Below are positions 1 to 9,225 of a stretch of DNA of 26,110 nucleotides, in pieces. The notes beneath the pieces were generated by a model, which was not told where the DNA came from, made no database searches, and worked only from the letters and a program-made list of their open reading frames with translations. Where the stretch lies: assembly GCA_039591655.1 (NCBI GenBank), contig JBDHDE010000036.1, positions 1 to 26,110 of the forward strand. The letters are read 5' to 3'. How positions within the stretch are numbered: the stretch's first letter is position 1; each line of letters begins with the position of its first letter. Both the position numbers and the translations under genes were made by a program. This DNA is from Gemmatimonadota bacterium. GTDB lineage: Bacteria > Gemmatimonadota > Gemmatimonadetes > Gemmatimonadales > GWC2-71-9.

Positions 1-222
1 GGCGGCTGGGCGGAGATGTCGAGCCCGCGCGGTTGTGTGATGATCAAGGTCAAGGCGACGCGCCGTTCTCCGCGGGGCACCGTGTTCGCGAGCTTCTCGT
101 TCAACGACACGCCCGTGAACGTTCTGACCGGTGGGGGCTACGACCCCATCACCCACACCGCCGAGCTCAAGGTGTGTCCGGTGCGGGTCGAGCCGGCGGG
201 CGCGCCCGCCAGGACGGGGTAG
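1..222 (+). CDS. C-terminal fragment of a molybdopterin oxidoreductase (molybdopterin dinucleotide-binding domain, formate dehydrogenase alpha/nitrate reductase-like); 5' partial
   Basis: Frame is open from base 1: GGWAEMSSPRGCVMIKVKATRRSPRGTVFASFSFNDTPVNVLT...DPITHTAELKVCPVRVE. This matches the S-x-RG...PG-x-VF...N-x-LT...DP...E-x-K-x-x-x-V pattern typical of this domain. Stop TAG at 220-222. Confidence 0.8.
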   Translation, partial: GGWAEMSSPRGCVMIKVKATRRSPRGTVFASFSFNDTPVNVLTGGGYDPITHTAELKVCPVRVEPAGAPARTG

Positions 223-1634
223 TGCTGACGGCCACCGCACGCCTGCGCGACCGGGTCGTGGGAGTGGGCCAGCCGAGCCCCCTGCTCGACGGCCGCATGG
301 TGTCGTACGTCAACCTGGATAACGCGGCGACGACACCGCCGCTGAGGGACGCGGCCGAGGCCGTCGCGCGGTTCCTACCGTACTACTCCAGCGTGCACCG
401 GGGCTCGGGCTTCAAGTCGCGCCTCAGCACCATGGTCTACGACCAGGCGCACGAGACCATTGCGCGATTCGTCGGGGCCGATCCCGAGACCAACACCGTC
501 ATCTTCGGCAAGAACACGACCGACGCGGTCAACAAGCTGTCGTACCGCATCCCCCTCGACGCCGACTCCGTGGTGATCACCACCATCATGGAGCATCACT
601 CGAACGACCTCCCGTGGCGCAATCGCGCCAGGGTGGTCCACGCGGGGGCCACTCCGGACGGCCGGCTGGACGAGGAGGACTTCGAGCGACAGCTCCAGAA
701 GCACGCGGGACACATCGCCCTGGTGGCAGTGACGGCAGCGTCCAACGTGTCAGGCTACATCCAGCCGGTTCACCGGCTTGCGGGCCGGGTGCACGAAGTC
801 GGTGCGAAGATCATGGTGGACGCGGCACAACTCGCGCCGCACCGGCAGGTCGAAATGAAGCCCGACGATGACCCGCAGCATCTCGATTTCGTGGCCATAG
901 CGGGACACAAGATGTACGCGCCCTTCGGCACCGGTGCTCTGGTCGGCTCCAAGGACTTCTTCCTCCAGGCCGGACCGGAGTACCCGGGCGGGGGCACAGT
1001 CGACGTGGTTACCCTGGACGAGGTGCACTGGGCCGGGATGCCGGACCGCGACGAGGCCGGGAGCCCCAACGTGGTCGGCGCCATGGCCATGGCCAAAGCG
1101 GCCCAGGTGCTCATGGACGTGGGAATGGACAACGTCGCCGCTCACGAGGCACACCTCACGGCCTACACGCTGGAGCGGCTGCGCAGCGTACCGGGAATCA
1201 GGGTCTATGGGGAAGCGGACCCGGCGAAGAGCGACGAGCGCGTCGGAGTGATCCCGTTCAACATCGACGGCGTGAACCACTATCTGGTGGCGGCGGTGCT
1301 GGGATACGAGGGAGGCATCGGCGTGCGCAGCGGTTGTTTTTGCGCGCATCCGTATGTGGTGCACCTCCTCAACTTGCCCGAGGAGGAGCGGATTGCCTGG
1401 AAGACCCAGGTCCTGGCCGGCGACAAGTCCCACATGCCGGGGATGGTACGGGCCAGCTTCGGATGCTACAGCAATACCGAGGACGTGGACCGTCTGGTGG
1501 AGATGCTGGAGCTGGTGGCGCGAGGAGAGTACCGGGGCGAGTACCGGATCCACGGCGCCAGCGGCGAGTACGTACCGGCCGACTACCCGGAGCCGCTTGC
1601 CGAGTACTTCACTCTCGGACCGACAGACACATAG
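222..1634 (+). CDS. PLP-dependent aminotransferase class V / cysteine desulfurase-like protein
   Basis: Motifs NLDNAATT, SSVHRG, MEHHSN, DAAQ, AGHKMYAPFG (PLP lysine) and RSGCFCAHP (variant of SufS-type RxGHHCA). The likely start is GTG at 222, overlapping the upstream stop (TAGTG), rather than 33. Confidence 0.88.
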   Translation: MLTATARLRDRVVGVGQPSPLLDGRMVSYVNLDNAATTPPLRDAAEAVARFLPYYSSVHRGSGFKSRLSTMVYDQAHETIARFVGADPETNTVIFGKNTTDAVNKLSYRIPLDADSVVITTIMEHHSNDLPWRNRARVVHAGATPDGRLDEEDFERQLQKHAGHIALVAVTAASNVSGYIQPVHRLAGRVHEVGAKIMVDAAQLAPHRQVEMKPDDDPQHLDFVAIAGHKMYAPFGTGALVGSKDFFLQAGPEYPGGGTVDVVTLDEVHWAGMPDRDEAGSPNVVGAMAMAKAAQVLMDVGMDNVAAHEAHLTAYTLERLRSVPGIRVYGEADPAKSDERVGVIPFNIDGVNHYLVAAVLGYEGGIGVRSGCFCAHPYVVHLLNLPEEERIAWKTQVLAGDKSHMPGMVRASFGCYSNTEDVDRLVEMLELVARGEYRGEYRIHGASGEYVPADYPEPLAEYFTLGPTDT

Positions 1635-1712
1635 ACCCCCACCCCGCCAGGTCGCGCCTGACGTGCCCGAGAGCCTCGAATGTCTGGGACTTGCCCCGGA
1701 CTGCGGACTGAG

Positions 1713-1886
1713 CTAGGGCGTTGCCTCCGCCGTGTCGCGCGCCATCACGGTGTCGGCCGGCATGGTATCGGCCATCGCCGCAGCTGTGTCCACCGCCGCC
1801 TCTTCCGCCGCCTCCTCCGCGGGCGGGGCTTCGCCACCGCAGGCACCGAGGGCCAGGATCGCAAGCACTGCCAGCAAACGTTTCAT
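1713..1886 (-). CDS. Small Ala/Glu/Asp-rich lipoprotein (57 aa)
   Basis: MKRLLAVLAILALGA-C: basic N-terminus, hydrophobic core, lipobox LGAC. GGAG lies 8 nt upstream of the ATG at 1886. Confidence 0.8.
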   Translation of the reverse strand: MKRLLAVLAILALGACGGEAPPAEEAAEEAAVDTAAAMADTMPADTVMARDTAEATP

Positions 1887-1980
1887 GTGTTTCACTCCAC
1901 GACCGTTAGTCGAGATGACCCCACCACCTGTAAGTTACGCGTCTGGACCGTGCATCGGTCAATGGGGTGTCCGCGATATA

Positions 1981-1993
1981 TGAAAACTTTTCA
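1981..1993. promoter_or_regulatory. AT-rich palindrome TGAAAACTTTTCA, candidate operator in a divergent intergenic region
   Basis: Perfect 6-1-6 inverted repeat in a GC-rich background, 30 nt upstream of the GH38-like start. Confidence 0.35.
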
Positions 1994-2023
1994 GTCGCAT
2001 TCACACATTCGCTTCCGCATCGC

Positions 2024-4387
2024 ATGACCGACCGGCGGGGCTTCCTCTCTGCGCTCAGCGGCACGCTCACGGGGGTCGCCACACTTCCGGGATGGGCACG
2101 AGTGCGCCCTGCACGGCCCCGCGTGGAGGCCGAGCCGACCGTCTTCCGTGCCAACCCCGATGGACGCCTGACCCTGGTGCGGTTCCTGATCTCGGGCGTC
2201 GAGGCGCCGGCCGGCCGTCTGCGCGTGTACGACCGCCGCCGCCAGCTGCTGGGGACCGCCGGGGTGATCCGCTCCGGCGACACACTGTACGGCGAGCTCT
2301 GGCTTCCAGTCGAGGGCGGCACGACGGTGCGCAGCGAGCTGGAGGCCCCCGGTGTGAGTGGCATACATCGGTCGGACCACCGCCTGCGCCCGCGGCGCCG
2401 CTGGACCATCTACTGGCTCACCGTCATTGAGCCCGCGCAGCTCGCACGCGTTCTCGGAGAGCTCGGCCCCCTGGAGCGCGGGGTGCAGACCGCAGCCTTC
2501 GTCGACGCCGGCGTGATGGGCAACCCCCTCACGGCCGACGCTCTTGACCTGCTGGACCACATCGAATTCCTGCGCGTGTCCCTCCCCGCACGGGACCTGG
2601 AGCTCGACCACGGCATCCCGGCGAGTCCCGTGGCGATGCTGCACGGCAATGAAGGCCTGCCCGCCACCGCGGTACTCGCGCTGGCGGGCTCGGGGGTGAG
2701 CTGCGTCGCCCGCGAGTGGCGCTCCGGCGTACCCCCGTTCGAGTGGTGGACCGGTCCCGACGGGTCGAGGCTCCTGAGCGTGGCCATCCCACCCGACGGC
2801 GATCCACGCACACTCGGGTTCGCGGTATCCCGCAACGAGATGACCCACCGCATCGAGCGCTGGCTGGAGACGACCCCCTTGCTGCTGGCCCCGGGAGAGG
2901 TGCCACCCCGCGGGGACGACGAGGGCGTCACGTTCGTGGTGGACACCGGCCCCGACGCTTCCATCGCAAGCATGCTGGCAGCGGCGCGGGAATGGAATCA
3001 GCGCTTTGCCTATCCCCGCATCGTGGTGGGTCCGGGGAACGACCGGCAGGCCATCATCGGGCGTGCACGCGGAGTTGGCATCCCCACCACCCGCCCCCCG
3101 TCTCCACCGCGGGCCGACGTCCCGGATCTCGCGGCGCTCACGGCTCTCGCGGCGGGGCGCGAGGCCGCACGCGGCGCCCGGGTCAACCAGGTCGTGCGGC
3201 CCCTCACCGCGCTCTTGGGCAGCGGGGGACCCGAGGCAGACGCCCTCGCCGCAATTGCCCGGGAGATCACGACGGAGCTTCCCGGCACGCTGGTGCTCAA
3301 TTCCACTCCGTTCCACCGCAGCGATGCGGCGCTCTTGCCCGATGGCTCGGTGCGGGTCGTGACGGACGTGCCGGGGCTGGGGTACGCGTTCCTGGTGGAC
3401 GCGCCGCGTGGCACCGACCAGCTCGCCGAGGTCGTTCCGGCCAGGCCGCCTTACACGGTCGCTGCGGGAGAGTACGTCCGTCTCCAGCTCGACCCCCTGT
3501 CGGGAGCCATCCGCTCGCTGGTCACACGCGACGATGACAGTGAGTGGGTGGCAGCCGACGGCGACGGCCTCAACGCCGTGCCCGGCGCCAACCTCGAGAA
3601 GCTGGAGCGCGAGACGATCCCCGGAGTGGGTGTCCGCCTGACGGTGCGGCGCTGGTCCCATGCCAGGGGGGAGCTGCGCACCACCGTTACCGTGTACGAG
3701 GCACTCCCCTGGATCGACATCGAGAACGACGCGGCCGCCCTCGGCACCCGCGCGATGGAATACCTGTTCGGCTTCTCCGGGAGCGAGCCGCAGGTCGCCT
3801 GGGAGGTACCGGCCGGTCACGAGGATGCACGGGCGCCGGTCCACCGCATAGCCCACCTGCGCTGGCTGACGCTGCGCAACCAGACGGGCACCGTACTGTT
3901 CCGCGGGCACGATGCTCCGTTCGCCTCGGTGCTGGGGGACGGCACGCTGAGGAGCTTTGCCCCCCGGGGGCGCGCCCGCTATCGCCTGCAGGTCACCACC
4001 GACCCGGTGGGCCCGCCAACGGCGGCGCGCTTCGGGTGGGGGGCGGAACCCTTCGTGGTGGCGCCGGCGGTGGGCACGGGCGGGGGCCGCCTGCCACGGC
4101 ACGGGGCGCTCCTGGTGGTGGACCAACCGGGAGTGGCGATCCTGGGAATCAAGCCGGCAGACGACGGCGAGGGCGTCGTAGTCTACCTGCAGGAGCTCCT
4201 GGGCTCGAGCCGCTTCGTGTCGCTCGGGACGGGACTCATCACATTCGCATCCGCTCGCCTGGTGGACTTGGTCGAGCGCGACAGGGGCCAGGGGGCCACG
4301 TCCGTCCCGCACGGGGTCATCGTGCAGCTCCCCGCCTGGGGGGTGACCGCGGTGCGGCTGGACGGGATCGCACTCCGCGGGACTTGA
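2024..4387 (+). CDS. Tat-exported glycoside hydrolase family 38 (alpha-mannosidase)-like protein, probably catalytically divergent
   Basis: Twin-arginine signal MTDRRGFLSAL at ATG 2024. GH38-like segments FEWWTGPDGSRLL, WNQRFAYPRI, VLNSTPFHRS, DVPGLGY, LDPLSGAIRSL and the C-terminal IKPADDGEGVVVYLQE...LVDLVER...LPAWGVTAVRL. Confidence 0.65.
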   Translation: MTDRRGFLSALSGTLTGVATLPGWARVRPARPRVEAEPTVFRANPDGRLTLVRFLISGVEAPAGRLRVYDRRRQLLGTAGVIRSGDTLYGELWLPVEGGTTVRSELEAPGVSGIHRSDHRLRPRRRWTIYWLTVIEPAQLARVLGELGPLERGVQTAAFVDAGVMGNPLTADALDLLDHIEFLRVSLPARDLELDHGIPASPVAMLHGNEGLPATAVLALAGSGVSCVAREWRSGVPPFEWWTGPDGSRLLSVAIPPDGDPRTLGFAVSRNEMTHRIERWLETTPLLLAPGEVPPRGDDEGVTFVVDTGPDASIASMLAAAREWNQRFAYPRIVVGPGNDRQAIIGRARGVGIPTTRPPSPPRADVPDLAALTALAAGREAARGARVNQVVRPLTALLGSGGPEADALAAIAREITTELPGTLVLNSTPFHRSDAALLPDGSVRVVTDVPGLGYAFLVDAPRGTDQLAEVVPARPPYTVAAGEYVRLQLDPLSGAIRSLVTRDDDSEWVAADGDGLNAVPGANLEKLERETIPGVGVRLTVRRWSHARGELRTTVTVYEALPWIDIENDAAALGTRAMEYLFGFSGSEPQVAWEVPAGHEDARAPVHRIAHLRWLTLRNQTGTVLFRGHDAPFASVLGDGTLRSFAPRGRARYRLQVTTDPVGPPTAARFGWGAEPFVVAPAVGTGGGRLPRHGALLVVDQPGVAILGIKPADDGEGVVVYLQELLGSSRFVSLGTGLITFASARLVDLVERDRGQGATSVPHGVIVQLPAWGVTAVRLDGIALRGT

Positions 4388-4451
4388 TCGGCCCTCGGGC
4401 CGGGGGGTATACGTTGGGTAGGGAGTTCATCCCACTCGCTGAAGGAGCTGT

Positions 4452-5927
4452 ATGAGCCATCCCACGACGCTTGGCGACCTAAAGCAGACCGAATGGGGCG
4501 ATCCCCGGACGCACGGGCGATCGGTGAAGGACGAGATGCGGCAGAACCTCATCTGCATGCTGGAGGCCGGCCGCGAGATCTTCCCGGGCATCGTCGGCTT
4601 CGAGGAGACCGTCGTGCCACAGGTGATCAACGCGGTCCTCGCACGGCACAACTTCATCCTCCTGGGCTTGAGGGGACAGGCCAAGAGCCGCATCCTGCGC
4701 TCGTTGGCGTCGCTGCTCGATGCGGAGATCCCGATCATCGCGGGAAGCGAGGTGAACGACAACCCGTTCCACCCGATCTCCAAGTACGGCCGACAGCTCA
4801 TCGAGGAGCACGGCGACCGCACGCCCATCGAGTGGATTCCGCAGCACCACCGCTATGTCGAGAAGCTCGCCACGCCGGATGTGACCATCGCCGACATCAT
4901 CGGCGACGTGGATCCCATCAAGGCGGCGAGGGGAGGTCACCTGCTGTCCGACGAGCTCACGATCCACTACGGCCTGCTGCCCCGCAGCAACCGGGGGATC
5001 TTCGCCATCAACGAGCTCCCCGATCTGGCAGGGAAGATCCAGGTGGGACTGTTCAACATCATGCAGGAGGGCGACGTCCAGATCAAAGGCTACCCCATCC
5101 GCCTGGCGCTGGACGTACTGCTGGTCTTCTCGGCGAACCCCGAGGACTACACGGCCCGCGGCAAGATCATCACGCCGCTGAAGGACCGGGTCGGGAGCGA
5201 GATCCTCACGCACTACCCCCCGACGATCGAGCACGGGATGGCGATCACCGAACAGGAGGCGTGGATCGAGCGCGAGGGCCGTCCGCTCAACGTTCCCGAT
5301 TTCATCAAGGAGGTCGTGGAGCGCATCGCCTTCGAGGCCCGCGGCGACAAGCGCGTCGACGGCCGCTCCGGTGTCAGCCAACGCTTGCCCATCAGCGTGC
5401 TGGAGAACGTGATCTCCAGCGCCGAGCAGCGCACCCTGAGCACCAAGGAGAAGCGCATCGTGCCGCGCCTGTCGGACATCTATGGCGCGCTACCAGCCAT
5501 CACCGGCAAGATCGAGCTGGAGTACGAGGGGGAGCTCCAGGGCGCCGAGACCATCGCCCGGGATCTGGTCCGCAGGGCGGCCGGCGGCACGTTCGACGCC
5601 CGGCTGGGCGGGCTCGACTGCGACTCCATCGTGGAGTGGTTCGACCAGGGTGGCGCCTTGAAGGTCGCACCCAACGAGCGGTCCGACCTGTGCCTCAAGG
5701 GCTTCTCCACCGTGCCGGGGCTGCTGGACACGATAAAGCTGGCGGGGCTCGCCCCCAAGAAGGATCCCGCCACCGTCGTGGCGGCCTGCGAGCTGATCCT
5801 GGAGGGGCTGGTGGCGCACCGGCGCATCACGCGGACGGACGAGTTGGGCTACACGCGCTCCCGACCGGACCGGCCGCCGGGTTTCAGCTCGGGCATCGGC
5901 GGGAAGGACTCACCCCTTCTTCAATAG
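4452..5927 (+). CDS. AAA+ ATPase, magnesium chelatase ChlI/MoxR-like (vWA-associated family)
   Basis: Walker A-like GLRGQAKS, Walker B-like IFAINE, SANPEDYT and LKDR motifs. RBS GAAGGAG upstream of ATG 4452. Confidence 0.85.
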   Translation: MSHPTTLGDLKQTEWGDPRTHGRSVKDEMRQNLICMLEAGREIFPGIVGFEETVVPQVINAVLARHNFILLGLRGQAKSRILRSLASLLDAEIPIIAGSEVNDNPFHPISKYGRQLIEEHGDRTPIEWIPQHHRYVEKLATPDVTIADIIGDVDPIKAARGGHLLSDELTIHYGLLPRSNRGIFAINELPDLAGKIQVGLFNIMQEGDVQIKGYPIRLALDVLLVFSANPEDYTARGKIITPLKDRVGSEILTHYPPTIEHGMAITEQEAWIEREGRPLNVPDFIKEVVERIAFEARGDKRVDGRSGVSQRLPISVLENVISSAEQRTLSTKEKRIVPRLSDIYGALPAITGKIELEYEGELQGAETIARDLVRRAAGGTFDARLGGLDCDSIVEWFDQGGALKVAPNERSDLCLKGFSTVPGLLDTIKLAGLAPKKDPATVVAACELILEGLVAHRRITRTDELGYTRSRPDRPPGFSSGIGGKDSPLLQ

Positions 5928-5941
5928 TCGAGGGATCACGC

Positions 5942-6580
5942 GTGCCCGTCATCACCATCTCCCGACAGTACGCCTCCGGCGGTTCGGACATCGCGAGACT
6001 GGTGGCTGCGCGCCTCGCCTGGCAGTTGGTCGACAACGAGTTCGTCGACCGCGTGGCGGAGCGCGTCGGGTTGTCGCCCGACGAGGTGGCCGAGCGGGAG
6101 GAGCGTGTCCCCGGCCTGGCGGAGCGATTGGCGAGAGCCCTCGCGATCTCCTCCCCGGAGGTCTTCGTGGCCACCGGCGAGCCCCCCGAGACCCGCTTCG
6201 GCTCCGAGGCGGAGCTGGTGCGCGCCACCGAAGCGGTGATCAACCGAGCGGTACGGGAGGAGCGGCACCTGATCATGGTGGGGCGTGGCGCGCAGGCACA
6301 CCTCGCCCGGCACGAGGACACGCTGCACGTGTACATCGTGGCGCCGCGTGAGGCACGGGTGGCGGCGGCGATGGAGCGGCTGGGCGTGGATCGCAAGGAG
6401 GCGGAGGAGGCCGTGGACAAGACGGACGATGGGCGGCGCCGCTACGTGAAGGCCTACTACGACCGGCACTGGGAGGACGCCACCAACTACCACCTCGCGT
6501 TGAACACCGCGGTGTTCACCTACGAGCAGTGTGCCGACCTGATCGCGGCGGCGGCCCGTGCCCGGGGGTGGTGCGACTGA
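5942..6580 (+). CDS. Cytidylate kinase-like family protein
   Basis: GTG start at 5942: VPVITISRQYASGG (P-loop-like), MVGRGA, LHVYIVAP, D..RRRYVKAYY, YHLALNT. Only this 3' part of the listed ORF 4493-6580 looks coding. Confidence 0.85.
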   Translation: MPVITISRQYASGGSDIARLVAARLAWQLVDNEFVDRVAERVGLSPDEVAEREERVPGLAERLARALAISSPEVFVATGEPPETRFGSEAELVRATEAVINRAVREERHLIMVGRGAQAHLARHEDTLHVYIVAPREARVAAAMERLGVDRKEAEEAVDKTDDGRRRYVKAYYDRHWEDATNYHLALNTAVFTYEQCADLIAAAARARGWCD

Positions 6581-6616
6581 GGGCGTAGCACGCCGCGGTT
6601 GGCGAGTCGCAGCGCC

Positions 6617-7858
6617 TCAGCGCGTTCCCGCCAGCTCTCCGGAGCGCAGCACGCCGAGCAGCACCGCCACCACACTCACCGACCCACCGGCCACCAGCGC
6701 CGGCGTCGGACCCCACCGCTCGGCCACCGCCCCCGCCAGCAGCGCCCCGAAGGGAGCAAAGCCCACGAACGCGAAGGCGTAGAACGAGATCACCCGACCC
6801 CGCAGCTCGTCGGGCGCGATGGTCTGGAGCAGTGTATTGCTCAGCGCAGTGGTGGTGATGAAGCTCAGGCCTATGAGGGCGAGGAGCACGAGCGTGATGG
6901 GGAGTGTCCGCGATACCGCGAACAGGATCACCAGCGCGCTGAAAGCCAGCGACGACCAGGCCAGCACCCGCCCCCGCGGCAGCCGATGACCCACGGTGGC
7001 GAGGACCAGCGCTCCCACCAGCGCCCCGACACCCACGGCCGACATCATCCAGCCGAACTCCACGGCCCCGAGCCCCATGACGTCGCGGGCCACCACCGGC
7101 AGCAGCACGAGAACTGGCAGGCCGAAGACGGAAAGCGCCCCGATGTTCACGATGAGGACCCGGATGCGGGCGTCCGATACTACGTAGCGAAAGCCGTCCC
7201 GGATGGTCGACCAGGCAGACGCTCGCTGCGCGGCCGGCCGGTGCTCCGGGAGGCGCATCACGGCGAGCACGATGATCAACGGCAAGTAGCTCACGCCGTT
7301 CAAGAGGAAGCACACCCCGAGCCCCACGCCGGCGATCAGCGCTCCCGCGATGGCAGGTCCCACCACCCGGGTGCCGTTGAACGCCGACGAGTTGAGGGCG
7401 ATGGCGTTGGTGAGATCCTCCTTGCCCACCATCTCCACGATGAACGACTGCCGGGCCGGGATGTCGAACGCCATCGCGATGCCCAGCCCCGCAGCGACGA
7501 GAATGATGTGCCAGATGGTCACACTGCCGGCGAACACGAAGGCGGCGAGCGCCAGCGCCAGCACCATGGAGCCGGTCTGCGTCGCCATGACGATGCGCCG
7601 CTTCGACACGCGGTCTGCCAGCGCGCCGGCATAGAGGGAGAACAGCAGTGTGGGCAGGTAGCTGAGGGCATCCACCAGGCCGACATAGAACGGCGAGTCG
7701 GTGAGCTCCAGGACCAGCCATGACTGGGCCACCCGGTGCATCCACATCCCCATCAGGGAGACCACCATCCCACCGTAAAACAGCCGAAAACTGCGGTGCC
7801 TGAGGGCGCCGAAGGCGACGGGGCGGGGCGGCGGCCGGATGGTGAGACCCTCGGTCAT
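6617..7858 (-). CDS. MFS transporter
   Basis: About 12 hydrophobic segments. MFS motif A-like GALADRVSKRR, FDIPARQS, GPAIAGAL and PDELRGRV. Confidence 0.92.
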   Translation of the reverse strand: MTEGLTIRPPPRPVAFGALRHRSFRLFYGGMVVSLMGMWMHRVAQSWLVLELTDSPFYVGLVDALSYLPTLLFSLYAGALADRVSKRRIVMATQTGSMVLALALAAFVFAGSVTIWHIILVAAGLGIAMAFDIPARQSFIVEMVGKEDLTNAIALNSSAFNGTRVVGPAIAGALIAGVGLGVCFLLNGVSYLPLIIVLAVMRLPEHRPAAQRASAWSTIRDGFRYVVSDARIRVLIVNIGALSVFGLPVLVLLPVVARDVMGLGAVEFGWMMSAVGVGALVGALVLATVGHRLPRGRVLAWSSLAFSALVILFAVSRTLPITLVLLALIGLSFITTTALSNTLLQTIAPDELRGRVISFYAFAFVGFAPFGALLAGAVAERWGPTPALVAGGSVSVVAVLLGVLRSGELAGTR

Positions 7859-7912
7859 TGCGAGAACTTTATACTGGTTTCAGTTTAGAATGAAGCGAGG
7901 CGCCCGAATTCT
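7859..7912. promoter_or_regulatory. Compact AT-rich divergent promoter region between the MFS and vWA genes
   Basis: 54-bp gap with -10-like TATACT (7870-7875) and TAGAAT (7886-7891) on +, and TATAAA on the minus strand. GAGG precedes ATG 7913. Confidence 0.5.
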
Positions 7913-9214
7913 ATGCGATATACCACCTACTCGAAGTACCTGCCCCAGTTGCTCGATGCCATCAACCTCGAGGACCTGCTCGAGCAGTTGAGCGACTTCC
8001 TGCTGCAGTCGGGGTTTGCCGGGGGACCGCAGTACCACCCGTACTGGGGGTCGTTCGGCGACGAGGGCGAGGGCGACAACTCCCTCGACGCCCTCAAGCA
8101 GGCCATCGTGCAGGCCCTCATGGAGTCGGGAAAGCTCACGCCCGAGATGCTCCAGGTGCTGCGGGGGGAATCCACCGGCGACGAGCAGCGCGACGGCGAG
8201 ATCCAGCAGCAGCTTGCCGATCTAATCGACCAGGTGGTGCAGAAGCTCATCGAGCAGGGCTACCTCAATGTATCCGACAAACCCCAGATGCCCGCGGCCC
8301 ACCAGGAGGTCTTCGGTCCCGGCGGCCAGGCCCAGTCGGCGGCGCAGGAGGTGGAGTTCAACCTCACGGACAGGGCCCTCGACTTCCTGGGGTACCGCGC
8401 GCTGAGGCATCTACTGGGGAGCATCGGCAAGTCCAGCTTCGGCGCCCACGACACTGCGCACCTGGCCACCGGGGTCGAAGCCGAGGCGATCTCCAAGCCC
8501 TACGAGTTCGGCGACACCCTGAACCTGGACGTGCCGTCCACCCTCACCAACGCCATCGCGCGGAACGGGCTCAAGTTCCCGCTGGATCTCGACTACCCGG
8601 ACCTGATGGTGCACCAGTCCGAGTACCGCTCCAGCGCCGCCACGGTGCTGATGCTCGACTGCTCTCACTCCATGATCCTGTATGGTGAGGACCGGTTCAC
8701 CCCGGCCAAGAAGGTGGCGCTGGCCCTCACCCACCTCATCCGCTCGCAGTTCCCCGGCGACTCGATCCGCGTGGTGCTGTTTCACGACACCGCCGAGGAG
8801 ATCCCCCTGGCCAAGCTGGCCCGCGCCCAGGTGGGGCCGTACCACACCAATACCGCCCAGGGGCTCAAGCTCTCCCGCCGCATCCTGTTGGCTCAGAAGA
8901 AGGACATGCGGCAGATCATCATGATCACCGACGGGAAGCCCTCGGCCCTCACCCTGCCCAACGGCCGGGTGTACGTGAACTCCATGGGCCTCGACCCCAG
9001 GATCCTGAAGGAGACCTACCGCGAGGTGGCCATCTGCAAGCGCTCGGGGATCATGATCAACACCTTCATGCTGGCCCGGGAGCGTATGCTGGTGGAGTTC
9101 GTGAAGCAGGTGTGCGAGATTGCGAGGGGGAAGGCCTACTTCACGAACACGATGACGCTGGGGCAGTACATCCTGATGGACTTCATGCGGCGGAAGACGC
9201 GGAAGGTGGGGTAG
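7913..9214 (+). CDS. von Willebrand factor A (vWA) domain protein, likely partner of the AAA+ ATPase
   Basis: MIDAS motif [10 protein letters not shown] of [28 protein letters not shown] precedes the domain. Confidence 0.88.
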   Translation: MRYTTYSKYLPQLLDAINLEDLLEQLSDFLLQSGFAGGPQYHPYWGSFGDEGEGDNSLDALKQAIVQALMESGKLTPEMLQVLRGESTGDEQRDGEIQQQLADLIDQVVQKLIEQGYLNVSDKPQMPAAHQEVFGPGGQAQSAAQEVEFNLTDRALDFLGYRALRHLLGSIGKSSFGAHDTAHLATGVEAEAISKPYEFGDTLNLDVPSTLTNAIARNGLKFPLDLDYPDLMVHQSEYRSSAATVLMLDCSHSMILYGEDRFTPAKKVALALTHLIRSQFPGDSIRVVLFHDTAEEIPLAKLARAQVGPYHTNTAQGLKLSRRILLAQKKDMRQIIMITDGKPSALTLPNGRVYVNSMGLDPRILKETYREVAICKRSGIMINTFMLARERMLVEFVKQVCEIARGKAYFTNTMTLGQYILMDFMRRKTRKVG

Positions 9215-9225
9215 CGACTCCTCAC

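Noticed and set aside
1991..4312. 773-aa minus-strand ORF and similar long antisense ORFs elsewhere
   Set aside because: Antisense mirrors of GC-rich genes, with no recognisable motifs.
4493..5941. N-terminal 483 codons of the 695-aa ORF
   Set aside because: Out-of-frame shadow of the ATPase gene with Arg/Pro/Gly-rich low-information sequence. The real gene starts at 5942.
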